Shown in pieces: positions 53,469 through 64,000 of a stretch of DNA of 64,000 nucleotides. The position numbers and the translations under genes are program-made. The stretch is taken from the NCBI GenBank assembly GCA_030704615.1, contig CM060731.1, positions 496,001-560,000 on the forward strand, read 5' to 3'. Numbering within the stretch: position 1 is the stretch's first letter; each line of letters begins with the position of its first letter. The stretch comes from Takakia lepidozioides (taxonomy: Eukaryota; Plantae; Bryophyta). The notes under the pieces were generated by a model. It made no database searches. It saw nothing but the letters and a program-made list of their open reading frames with translations, and was not told the DNA's origin.

Positions 53469-54631
53469 GGGTGTCATCCTGAGAAGACACGCGATATGCC
53501 AGACCTTACGCTCGTAAGATCCGGGTTGCGACAGCTACCCAGACCAACAACTAACATTATGCCCCAAAATTGCCCTAAAAAATGAAGGCAAAAAATTGAC
53601 GAGTTTTTATGCTATTAAATATTTGTGTTTTATAGAGTGTTTGAGCTCAAATATACTTATAGACCATGTAACTGACCCTATAGCATGTAGCTATGGCGTG
53701 AGCCTAGCCCCGTAAGCCTGTGAGTTGGGCTCACGCTTTGTCAGCTAAGCGTGAGAACAAATACAAAAAAACCATATAATGTGCACATGTAGACCGCCTT
53801 TGCATTTTTTATCGGATTCCCTGATCTGGTCGAGGCCCTCAACATCAATTCATTTGTATCATAACCATTTCCTCCAAATTGTCCCCTGAGAAAATTGCGA
53901 TATCTTATTTGCTACGTGAGTGCTTGCACCATGTCGTCTGTGGTAGCAACATACAATTGCGACGTGATTTATCAAATTGCTGCAACCATACATTGTGAAC
54001 TGTTTATGTCAAAATTGCATAATGACATGTCTACAACTTCCTCAATGGACATGTCCTGCAACACAAAGACGGCACAAAGGCGATCGTGACATTATTCCGT
54101 GTTGTAAACAACATCAGACTATCATAAAAAAAGGTAGGGAAAATGTCACGATCGTGACATCTGAAACCTGTTAAAATGTGTTTTAAGGATTTTTTATTTA
54201 TTTTTGGTTCGATATGCGAATGCGATCATAACATTTCCCCAGGCCCACTGCACGTCTAGATTGCTCCACTTGTTAATTAAATAGACATTATTTCTTAGCA
54301 AATGGTTCACCACGGTGATATATGTCTGCACCACAATTGGACAGTCTTTGTCACCATTGTTTCTATGTTGGAAACTCTTCAAAATATTGATAGTGAGCTG
54401 TGGACAAAGTTTCCTCATATCTAAGCTTAGGCTAATAGACTTTGAGTTCACGTCATCAACAAAGTGCATGCAATTGCATTTAGGACATAGATCGGTAATA
54501 GATCAATTTTCCCACGAAATAGGTCATATTTTCGCGATTATAGGTCTACTTTTCGCAGTCATAGGGCCTTTTCTTGCTGGGCAAGCTGGGCTCACGTAGC
54601 TTGTACATGCTCACGATCTAGCATTCCCTCC

Positions 54632-54718
54632 ATAGGGCCCACCCCTGAAAGGAGGTAGTAGTCACAAGGCGAAGTGGCTCTTAGTTACGCCGGCGTCGGC
54701 TGGAGTCTTCTCTCTCTT
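54632..54718 (+). mobile_element. Family B retroelement 3' end
   Basis: TAGGGCCCACCCCTGAAAGG...AAGTGGCTCTTAGTTACGCCGGC...(CT)n; inverse match to 29955-30048. Confidence 0.7.
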
Positions 54719-56102
54719 GCATTCCCCTACTCATGGGATACCAACCCCCTTAGAGTTACCTTATCCAATGGTGCACACTTAGACTCTGTCATTTTGAAAA
54801 CATGCCAACGGATAACTATGCTGAACATGCTACACCTTTTCAAGCAAACATTCTTAGCTATGAAGTTATCCAAAGGTGCACATGACTTGAGTCATTCATT
54901 GAGAAACATCACCTTTGATAGCCCCCCGCCCACGGAGGCCCTGTTTGTTATAAAATTAAGATATCACGAGGAAAAAAAAAACCTGAACGACCGTTTCACT
55001 CACCCTAAACATTCTATCCAAAAACAGACCCTTTGATAGCCATGTTATCCAACACCTGCACAGTCCACCCTATCGAGATCGTCGTTTCAATGGTTTTTCT
55101 GCCACAACTGAAACTCACTCTCTATCACTCTCTATCACACTAGAAAGATGAGGAAACCAAATATTCTGTTGTCAGTCAAGCCATGGTAATTATATGCCAG
55201 GTCATTCTCTAAAGCCAGAGTCTGCCTTCCTGCTAGCTGTCCCGGCTATCTCCTTAAATAAATGAATCAAAAACGAAAAAGAAAACAAAGGAAACCTGGG
55301 AGTGACAGCTGACAATTCAGGCCCTTTACAGAGGGGGGGGAAATTAACCCCCTTTCATATAATCATGAAGCATGCAGGAGACACCATTCCCAGCACGAAA
55401 CCATAGCACACACGACAAGGTAGCAGGGTTAGAGCCCCAAACCACTGGGACGACTCAAAGTGCGCTATAATGCACATTCCGAAGTTGGTTGTACCAAAGA
55501 TTGTTTTCTGGAAAACACCCAACATTCATAACATGCAAAAGCTGTAATGTGAAGGTGGTCTAGCATGTGCCATGGAGAGCGAAGAGATGAAAATTTAGGA
55601 CAGAAGCAGCATGGGACAGCCTGGAGGGACAGGTAGTCTGAGAAAAAGAACAGGAGAGACCAATTGTGATCTAGACATGTCTATGGTCACATGGTACGTA
55701 TGGATAAACACCGTGTCTCATTAAAAAAAATATCCTTGCGCGGAACAACACTGTGTCATTGCAGGAAATATAACTCCAACTCTCTCTTTCTCACAACTGT
55801 GCACCGCAATGACAGCCGCGGGTCACATGTAGCAAAATTAGGAGCTAAAGCGACAGTGCAGCCATCCGCATTTTGTTTCCTAGCCTGATCTGTACACCAA
55901 CAATTGATGCATGTTATCACATTGCTCCTTGTTATGGGGGACTCGTGGTGGGCATATCCTCTTGGAGGGTTGATATGCCTCGGAGGAAATGCCCTCAACA
56001 GTATGTCATAGTAAACGTTCACAGAGAACAGTGCATGAACCAAGCAGTTGGCATGGTTTTAAGTGAAGCAATACACTCACACCTTACAGTGACATCATCA
56101 TT

Positions 56103-59100
56103 TCACCAGTACTCCCCACATGAACACACCCCACCTTCAAATTGGTGAAAGCGATTCGCGTCTCGTACTAGAATTGCTCGCCCAAGAATCTTTGAGATGA
56201 ACTTGGTGGCCGTGTGGCAGTCACCACACACACGAAGGTTCTTGATGACACGAAGAGGCATCCCTGGGGCTGTGCTAATCAGGCCAAAAGCAATGGCAAG
56301 CTTCTCGCTGTGGTGGCAAAGAGAAGATTCTTTCTGCTCCTCCTCCACATCATGCAATACAAAGCGTGTGTCAGGCACATAACCTGCTTCCTTCATCTGT
56401 CCAGACAATCTTCTCAGCTCAGCATGGATTTCCTCAATCTGTGGATGCAATTTGTCATCTACAACAAATGTGTGCACCCTGTTGCTGACCTCAATCCAGC
56501 AGCGACCTGGCTGCTTTCTGACACCCCTGACTTTCATCATTTTTCTGACCTTTGCAGTATCCTCCCACCTGCCAGATGCGGCATAGATATTTGATAGCAA
56601 CACGTAAGTTGTGGCGTCCTGTTGGTCCCACTTGAGAATAGATTTTGCCGCACGTTCTGCCACCTCCACATTGCCATGAATTCTGCAGGCACCAAGCAAG
56701 GCTTTCCATACCACAGCATGCGGTTGGACTGGCATTTCATTAATCAAGTCCTCAGCCTCATCCAATCGCCCCGCACGGCCAAGAAGGTCCACCATGCAGC
56801 CAAAGTGCTCCACGGTAGGATTGAGGCCATGATCTCTACGCAGGGAATCAAAGTAGTGTCTGCCTTCATCCACTAAGCCCCCATGGCTACATGCTTGGAG
56901 AACACATATAAAAGTGACACCGTTCGGCTTCAAGCCTTCCTTTTGCATTCCTTCAAATAGTTGCACAGCCTCCCTACGCCTACCATGCTGGGCATATCCT
57001 GCTATCATTGCACTCCACGACACCACATTTCGTTCAGACATATTGTCAAACACTCCCTTTGCATCCTTGATGCTCCCGCACTTGGCATACATATTCACAA
57101 GAGTAGTGTTCAAAATCATATTTGGTACAATCCCGGCTTTCATGATGTCCGCATGGACCTCTCTGCCCTTTTCCAGGGCTGCCAGTCTCGCACACGCATT
57201 GCAGATGCAAACATATGTGACCTGGTCGGGCTTCAGCCCTTCCTGTATCATCTGCTCATAGGTCTCCAAAGCCTCCATCGAACACCCATGCTGGGCATGT
57301 CCTGCGATCATCGCATTCCATGACACCACATTTCGTTCAGCCATATTGTCAAACACTTCCTTTGCATCCTTGATGCTCCGGCACTTGGCATACATGTCCA
57401 CGAGGGTAGTATTCAGAATGACATCTGGTACAGTTCCAGCTTTCAGGATGTCACCGTGGACCTCTCTGCCCTTTTCCAGGACTCCCAGGCTCGCGCACAC
57501 ATTGCAAATGCATACAAATGTGACCCGATTGGGCTTCACACCTTCCCGTACCATTTTGTCATAGGTGTCCAAAGCCTCCATTCCACACCCATGCTGGCCA
57601 TATCCTGCAATCATTGCACTCCATGACACCACATTTCGTTCACCCATATTGTCAAACACTCCCTTTGCATCCTCAATGCTCCCACATTTGGCATACATGT
57701 CCACAAGGGCATTGTTCAGAATGACACCTGGTACAATTTCAGCTTCCATGATGTCAGCATGGACCTCTCTGCCCTTTTCCAGGGCTGCCACGCTCACACA
57801 CGCATTGCAAACACAAACAAAAGTGACCTGGTCCGGGCTCACCCCTTCCCGTATCATATGCTCATAGGTCTCCAAAGCCTCCGTTCCCCATCCACTCTGG
57901 GCATATCCTGCGATCATCGCATTCCATGACACTACATTCCGTTTTGCCATATTGTCAAACAATCCCTTTGCATCCTTGAGGCTCCCACATTTTGCATACA
58001 TGTCCACAAGGGTATTGTTCAGCGTGACATCTGGCACAATTTCAGCTCTCATGATGTCAGCATGGACCTCTCTGCCCTTTTCCAGGGCTGCCAGCCTCGC
58101 ACATGCATTGCAAACGCAAACAAATGTGACACAATCCGGTTTCATACCTTCCTGCATCATAAGCTCATAGGTCTCCAAAGCCTCCATTTCACATCCATGT
58201 TGGGCATACCCTGTGATCATCGCATTCCATGACACCACATTTCGTTCATCCATATTGTTGAACAATCCCTTGGCATCCTTGAGGCTCCCGCATTTGGCAT
58301 ACATGTCCATGAGAGTATTAGTGAGAATGACATCTGGCACAATTCCGGCTTTCATGATGTCAGCATGGACTTCTCTGCCCTTTTCCAAGGCTGCCAGGCT
58401 CGCACAAGCATTGCAGACGCAAACAAACGTGACCTGGTCGGGCTTCACCCCTTCCCGCATCATTTGCTCATAGGTCTCCAAAGCCTCTATCCCATACCCA
58501 TGCTGGGAATATCCTGCAATCATTGCATTCCATGACACCACATTTCGTTCGGCCATATTGTCAAACACTTGCTTTGCATCTTTGATGCTTCGGCACTTGG
58601 CATACATGTCCACAAGGGTAGTATTCAGAATGACATCTGGTACAATTCCAGCTTTCCTGATGTCACCATGAACCTCTCTGCCCTTTTCCAGGGCTGCAAG
58701 GCTCGCACACGCATTGCAAACACAAACAAACGTAGCACAGTCCGGTTTCACCCCTTCCCACATCATTTGCTCATAAATCTCCAAGGCCTTCTTACCACAC
58801 CCATGCTTGGTAAATCCTGCCATCATTATATTCCACGTGATCAAACCTCGTGCAGGCATTTTGTCAAACACTTGGCGTGCATCCATGATGCTCCCACATC
58901 TGACATACATGTTGAGAAGAGTGTTCTGTAGAAATACGTTTGGCTTGAATCCACTCTGGATAATGTGGGCGTGCACCTGCTTTCCTGCTGCTAGCCCCTT
59001 CATCTTGATGCACTTACGCAAGAGACAGACATAAGTATCTGAATCTGCTGAAATACCTCCATGGTTCAACATTTGCAGAGCCTCTTTCAGTTGTCCTGCC

Positions 59101-59327
59101 TCACATAATGTCCTCACATACCCAGAATAGCCAGAAGAAATCTCCTGTACTCCCTTTCTTTGTCCTCTTTTGGAAGCAGTGGCCATGGTGGAGGTGCCTG
59201 ATTTTATCAACTGTGCTGTCGGTGCTGCTTCCAGTTGACCATGTACCCATGCAGCTTTCTTGTAGCTATCAATCCACAGTGGCTCCTTGGTACTCTTGTG
59301 CTTGAAATCCGGCCCTCTCAGATGGGT
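56103..59327 (-). CDS. PLS-class PPR-E-DYW RNA editing factor (PG-box type, C-to-U), main exon
   Basis: L-S + 6x(P-L-S) + P2-L2-S2, then E1/E2, PG box PGRCWIEV, HSEKLA, CGDCH and terminal EYW. Exon start uncertain (acceptor before 59327 or 59414). Confidence 0.95.
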   Translation of the reverse strand, partial: THLRGPDFKHKSTKEPLWIDSYKKAAWVHGQLEAAPTAQLIKSGTSTMATASKRGQRKGVQEISSGYSGYVRTLCEAGQLKEALQMLNHGGISADSDTYVCLLRKCIKMKGLAAGKQVHAHIIQSGFKPNVFLQNTLLNMYVRCGSIMDARQVFDKMPARGLITWNIMMAGFTKHGCGKKALEIYEQMMWEGVKPDCATFVCVCNACASLAALEKGREVHGDIRKAGIVPDVILNTTLVDMYAKCRSIKDAKQVFDNMAERNVVSWNAMIAGYSQHGYGIEALETYEQMMREGVKPDQVTFVCVCNACASLAALEKGREVHADIMKAGIVPDVILTNTLMDMYAKCGSLKDAKGLFNNMDERNVVSWNAMITGYAQHGCEMEALETYELMMQEGMKPDCVTFVCVCNACARLAALEKGREVHADIMRAEIVPDVTLNNTLVDMYAKCGSLKDAKGLFDNMAKRNVVSWNAMIAGYAQSGWGTEALETYEHMIREGVSPDQVTFVCVCNACVSVAALEKGREVHADIMEAEIVPGVILNNALVDMYAKCGSIEDAKGVFDNMGERNVVSWSAMIAGYGQHGCGMEALDTYDKMVREGVKPNRVTFVCICNVCASLGVLEKGREVHGDILKAGTVPDVILNTTLVDMYAKCRSIKDAKEVFDNMAERNVVSWNAMIAGHAQHGCSMEALETYEQMIQEGLKPDQVTYVCICNACARLAALEKGREVHADIMKAGIVPNMILNTTLVNMYAKCGSIKDAKGVFDNMSERNVVSWSAMIAGYAQHGRRREAVQLFEGMQKEGLKPNGVTFICVLQACSHGGLVDEGRHYFDSLRRDHGLNPTVEHFGCMVDLLGRAGRLDEAEDLINEMPVQPHAVVWKALLGACRIHGNVEVAERAAKSILKWDQQDATTYVLLSNIYAASGRWEDTAKVRKMMKVRGVRKQPGRCWIEVSNRVHTFVVDDKLHPQIEEIHAELRRLSGQMKEAGYVPDTRFVLHDVEEEQKESSLCHHSEKLAIAFGLISTAPGMPLRVIKNLRVCGDCHTATKFISKILGRAILVRDANRFHQFEGGVCSCGEYW

Positions 59328-60265
59328 CTGGACCCACCCTCCATCCCTGTCACCTTCAGCAATCCCTTGCCTCGGTAACAATAATGCACAGATCCTCCCC
59401 CTTGCTGCTAGCAACTGACAATGAAAGCCTAATATTCATCTAGCAAACACCACACACTAATTCCTATCTCTCGCAAGACTTGTTAAAAAGTGTTGGAGAG
59501 AGAGGGAGGATGGAAATTCGCAAGAAAACTTTTCAAGGCATATTGTTGTATGGTTCTTTCTGTAGCATTCACCTGCTGCGTCAATCATCCTACCATTGAC
59601 TAGGGTTCCATTAGGGGGCAGTGCTAGTGTAGCTTTCAACAACTAACATGCAAGTCACTCTGGGCTTTATTGGATGTAACACAAGGAGGAACATACAAAC
59701 ATGTCCACATCTCCAGATGCTAAACAAGCTTGTGCATGATAAGGTTGCCCCTCTAATCAGGCGTCATACTCACTTTCATCGTCAAGCTTGGAAGGAGCTC
59801 CACCATCCACACCGGCATCAGAACCACACTTTGATAGCTTTCCACCATCACTAGACTGTTCTCCAACTGGTGCCACGTCCATTAGCTTTTCTTTCAGGAT
59901 TGAACCAGCCCTCAATCCAAATGACCTCTTGTGCGCACACCTTATGTCTGTGATCAGGAGAATCTGGATTTGTCCGTGACACCCACAAGGGAGCAGCTGA
60001 GCAGCCACCGTCTTAACCAAGCCACGACCATCAACCCTCCCAAGTACCTTGCAAACTCCAGGGAAAAGACCTTGCGCATCCTACTTTCATGCCCTGCTCA
60101 GGAAGAACAGCCTACAACCCGGACACTACTGACAGTAAGATCAGTTCTTGCAGAACAAATCGAGACCCAACAGCTGGGGGTTATAATCCAGTCCAACAAA
60201 CATCATCATGCCAGAGTCTGTCAAACCCCTCAGATTCCCCCACATCCTACAAGAAGAAAGCTCAC

Positions 60266-60335
60266 ATCGTCAACGCTGTAGTCCCACCATCGTGAAGGAT
60301 CTTTACAGAACTCCTGCCAGCGCTGTTCCGTTGAC
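60266..60335 (-). CDS. Probable upstream exon of the PPR gene encoding the first half of an OSB-type PDF motif
   Basis: STEQRWQEFCKDPSRWWDYSVDD followed by a GTGAG donor (phase 0), in phase with THLRGPDFKHKSTKEPLWID in the main exon. Exon(s) further 5' are unresolved. Confidence 0.65.
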
Positions 60336-61511
60336 CTACATGCCAGATATATCAATTACAGGCCGTGTGTGACTATCCTGCGTGCTTTCTTGCTTCATCG
60401 TCCAGTAGATTGGCTTCAGCTGTGGGAGGCGCCATAGCCACAACTCGCAAGGAACTCCGTCCTTGGCAATGCGCATTGCCAAGGGGAATGCCGCTTTCAG
60501 CTCCACAGCCACGCCCCTTCATCTGCAGCATCATGTGACAGACACGAGAAGACAGGGCCTTGGGTCTGGAGTCCACATGCGCGCTCAGCACCAAACAATC
60601 CCTCCCACAGACCGATGTGTGCAGACTGCTCAAGAGCCGATCGCCATCTCCGGAAGCGAGTGAGAGAGAAGCGCAAGATATTTTTTGGTCCATGCACTAG
60701 GAACCCCGGCGCAAGAAACATGAGTTTACAGTGATAAGCTTGGCTGTATGCAGGGTACAATGCAGGGTGTGGGCAGAGGAGTACTGGAGTTGAAGCAGCA
60801 CAATCATATCTCCTTCACATACTTCATCTTTTATTACAGTCTGTATAGATAGTGCTGTGCAGTGACCGGTTGTCATTCACCTTGCAAAGCCTAAGCTCTC
60901 TACTCATTAGAAGCTTTGTGACTACTGCCATGCGGGGAGAGTATCGTTGTGCCTCACCAAAAATGAAACATTGGTTCCATGCAGAGATGGCAATTCTTCG
61001 CTCCATGGATTGTCATGCCAAGCTACAGCTTTCTGACTGACAAGAGCATCCATTCACCATCTTGTGTGTTTGGTTAGTGTAGCAGAAAAACTATTACAAC
61101 TTTAGCAAGCCAAAGACAGATGAACTGCACCACCAAATGTCCAGTGCACATAAGCAGATGCTACTTACTTAATTCCATAATCCCTGTTTGCTACCCAAAC
61201 AGAAAGCAAACTGGCGTGTGGGTATTTACTACTATGAGGGTCTGTCGTTTGATGGTCTGCCACTAACTTACATTTGGGCATGGGGAAAACAGTGAACAGC
61301 CCAGCCCACCCATCATTAGTGACTTGCCAAATTCCTTGCATTCTCTAAGACATTGAACACACATATCACAATATACTACTAAATTTTATTGCACAGTTTC
61401 AAACACAATAGGGAATACACAGCCTGGAACAAAAAACCGATCTATCCTCAATTCATGAGAATTATACAGATCACAATCCTTTGGCGAAATATTCCCCGTT
61501 CAACTTGCATT

Positions 61512-62643
61512 CTAACATGAAATTGGTGGGGGCTCTAAATATTCTCCTGTCAAAAATAACTTTGCTATGATTTTGTAGAAGGCCTCCGTAAAGTGTACCC
61601 CATCCCATATAATATAGTTGTTGGGATTCCTAGATCTGTATACATCTAAACCCACAACTTTATCTCCGACTGTTGCGTTAATGTTTCCGCACATGGCATC
61701 CAAGTTGAAATTGTATGGATGTCCATACCCACAAGCCGCTTGTAATATATTCTCTTTTGGGAATCCATATTTTTCTGGACTCTTCACAATGTCCACGTTA
61801 ATGTCATAATATCGACCAAAATGAACAGAAATTCCCGGTAGGCGTTGCTGGAGATCTTGAATCATACTTTTCAAGCCTTTTGTTGTAAGCTAAAACAACC
61901 TCATTGAAAGGAATCAAACACCCGTGCTCGTCTCTTGAAACCTCATGACTTCCCCAATTTGAGAGGAAAATAGTGGAGCAACCTTCGGCAGGATTGTTGT
62001 AAATAAAAAAATGTCTAAGCCCCTGCATTATATAAATTTTCCGCATCCACCGATTGAGGGACAATGTTTTTCATTACATCGGTGGGTCCCATGTCTCGGA
62101 GATACTGATATGAGAAATCATTGCCTCCGGCGTGTACACTGTATAATCCATTCACATAAATTTCTGAAGTGGGTATCAATTCTCTTGACAATCTTATTTT
62201 GCATTGGTTTTAAAATCCAAAAATTGTTCAACTTGAAGCTCGAGATGATATGGAACCAAGTAGTCATCGTTTCGTGCAGTAGCTCCAGCATAGGCAAAAT
62301 TAATGCCATGTCGAAAATTGGAATTTGTACGGTTTGTTATATATGCTTGAATTGGAGTGAGGAAAGGAAGTCCAAATGCGTGAGCCACGAAATCAATCAC
62401 AATACGTCCATTCGAAAAGCGACCTGCTGGATGTCCGAAAAATGTTTCTCCGTAAGGTCTATTCAATTGCAACTGTTGGTTTGATGGAAATGCTAGTTGA
62501 TCATTTCCAGTATCAGAGAGCGAATCTCCAAACATGAACACGGCACCCGATGGACAAACTGCTTTGACCGGATTCAAAGCTGAGGCTAAGATCACCAAAA
62601 GCAACAACACGCCTCTCATAACATGAAGCATAGTGTTTGTCAT
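61512..62643 (-). pseudogene. GDSL esterase/lipase, intronless, three frameshifts as assembled
   Basis: Signal peptide, FGDSLSDTGN, GRFSNG, GINFAYAGA, HAGGND (third frame) and WDGVHFTEA. Frame breaks near 62190, 62020 and 61872. Confidence 0.85.
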
Positions 62644-62739
62644 TGCCACCTACCCAAGATTACGCACCTCAAACTTGATGAGTGCAACTAAATACCAAAA
62701 CTATCAATCAACAAGACCACAAAAAAGCTAACAAGATCA

Positions 62740-62910
62740 AAGAGAGAGAGAGAGTTACTACAACTAATGAGCAACTACAAAGGCCGTGAGGAAGTGAACA
62801 AGACCTAGAAGAGAGAGAGAGACTTACTAAAAGTATTGAGCAACAAAGAACATAAGGAAGTGAGCAAGATTTAGAAGAGAGAGAGCTACCACAACTATAT
62901 TTGAGCAATA
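62740..62910. repeat. Approx. 66-bp degenerate tandem repeat (about 2.5 units) upstream of the GDSL gene
   Basis: GAGCAAC...GGAAGTGA.CAAGA..TAGAAGAGAGAGAG recurs. Confidence 0.6.
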
Positions 62911-64000
62911 GAGACCAAGAGGAAGGGAGGAAGGTCGAAGATGAAGTGTGAAATATGATAGAAAACTGCACTCTTATATACACTTTGTCTCAAGTGCTTT
63001 TTTCTTCTCTTTTGCATGCCAATTTAGTTTTTCTTAAAAGTACGATAAAACTGGCACCGTTTGTCCTATCAATAGAATTTGATCTTTCATAAAAGAAGCA
63101 AAAGTTCAACTTTCTTTTGAGCATTCAAAGAGGAAAAGAAGCAATTCTTAGTTAGCCTTCACAAAATGGTAGCTTTTAGGCTCCGTCTATCACTATTGCA
63201 CATCGTGTGGTCGTGGATTGAGATGGGGTTCCAGTTTTATTCTAGCTATCGATTTAGAAGATGTGACTCTCCGACTTGGCCAACTGTTTTGAGGCCATCT
63301 GTTCTCGACCCTCTTGGGTGAGATTTGTATTTTCTTTTTGCCAGACGAAAAGGGCTGTGTGAACAGTTGAACATTTCCAAAGGTTTTTGCATTCTGGTCG
63401 GCGGCCGCTATTTTATTGAGTACAACTCATTGTACGCGACAATGTAAAAGAGAGAGAGAGAGTCATTGTGAGCGTTGGCTCTGACATATCCTGTAAGGAC
63501 TAATCCTCGGTATCACCCAAGGTTGGTAGTGGAGTGAGGATGTGGGATAAAATTGTTGATTTGCCTAAGCGGAGTCGATCCATTTGATGACATGGAGTTA
63601 GGAGTGTTGCTCCACATGTTCGTTAAAATTAGAATTTGTTGGTTAGTTTCACTTTGAGCTTTCAAATCAAGATACGTTCACCTCCACATTTCAGTGGCAT
63701 TAGTTTTAAGATCCGAGACGAAGTTAGATAAATTAGAGATCAATGGATGCATTTGTTTGTATATAAAAACCAAAACGGACAGACCACATAGTGGAAATGA
63801 AGATTGAAGAACCTCAATTCTGAGTAGTTGAAACTTCAGTAGCAAGTATCCTAATCTTCTTTTGAATGCTTGCTGGATATGCCGACCATTAAAACGAAGC
63901 CAATATCTGGCGAGGAGTGGGCGTTATCACTACTTTACCGCCTGCTTCTGCTGTTGTAACATATAGGTATTCACATTACAACCTCCATTGCCACAACGTT

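Noticed and set aside
56103-56400. U-to-C (reverse) editing enzyme suggested by the non-canonical EYW ending
   Set aside because: The PG box and HSEKLA are canonical for C-to-U DYW:PG domains; KP-type features are absent.
56197-59305. Series of repetitive + strand ORFs opposite the PPR gene
   Set aside because: These are antisense shadows of the 303-bp PLS repeats. The same applies to antisense ORFs over CFM2, ECI and the pectate lyase.
63420-64000. Possible further LINE 3' end with a (CT)n tail on the - strand
   Set aside because: Only the microsatellite supports it; there is no protein motif or second copy in the window.

Overview
Eukaryotic nuclear DNA from a land plant, most likely a non-seed lineage (bryophyte-grade; inference from gene and repeat content). 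Host genes: a 5-exon pectate lyase-like gene (-), an intronless peroxisomal enoyl-CoA delta-isomerase ending in PTS1 AKL (+), a four-CRM-domain chloroplast splicing factor of the CFM2 type (-) head-to-head with a multi-exon SMC5 (+), a PLS-class PPR-E-DYW editing factor with an unexpected N-terminal OSB-type PDF motif (-), and a frameshifted intronless GDSL lipase (-). The main find is a precisely bounded 15.6-kb DNA transposon (6046-21643). It has 30-bp TIRs and a 4-bp CCCA target duplication, and it sits inside an older pogo-like remnant whose reading frame is restored at the empty site. It carries a Sola-type (DUF7869-like) transposase and a divergent multi-exon cargo gene with a degenerate amino-methyltransferase-like region and an FCP1/NIF-like pseudo-phosphatase domain. 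It also has a subterminal array rich in TTTAGGG and about nine copies of a 26-bp palindrome (GAACCTCCACTG-NN-CAGTGGAGGTTC), mostly in its own introns. The rest of the window holds LINE 3' ends, a tRNA-derived SINE and MITEs. All family assignments come from motif recognition by eye; no searches were run.
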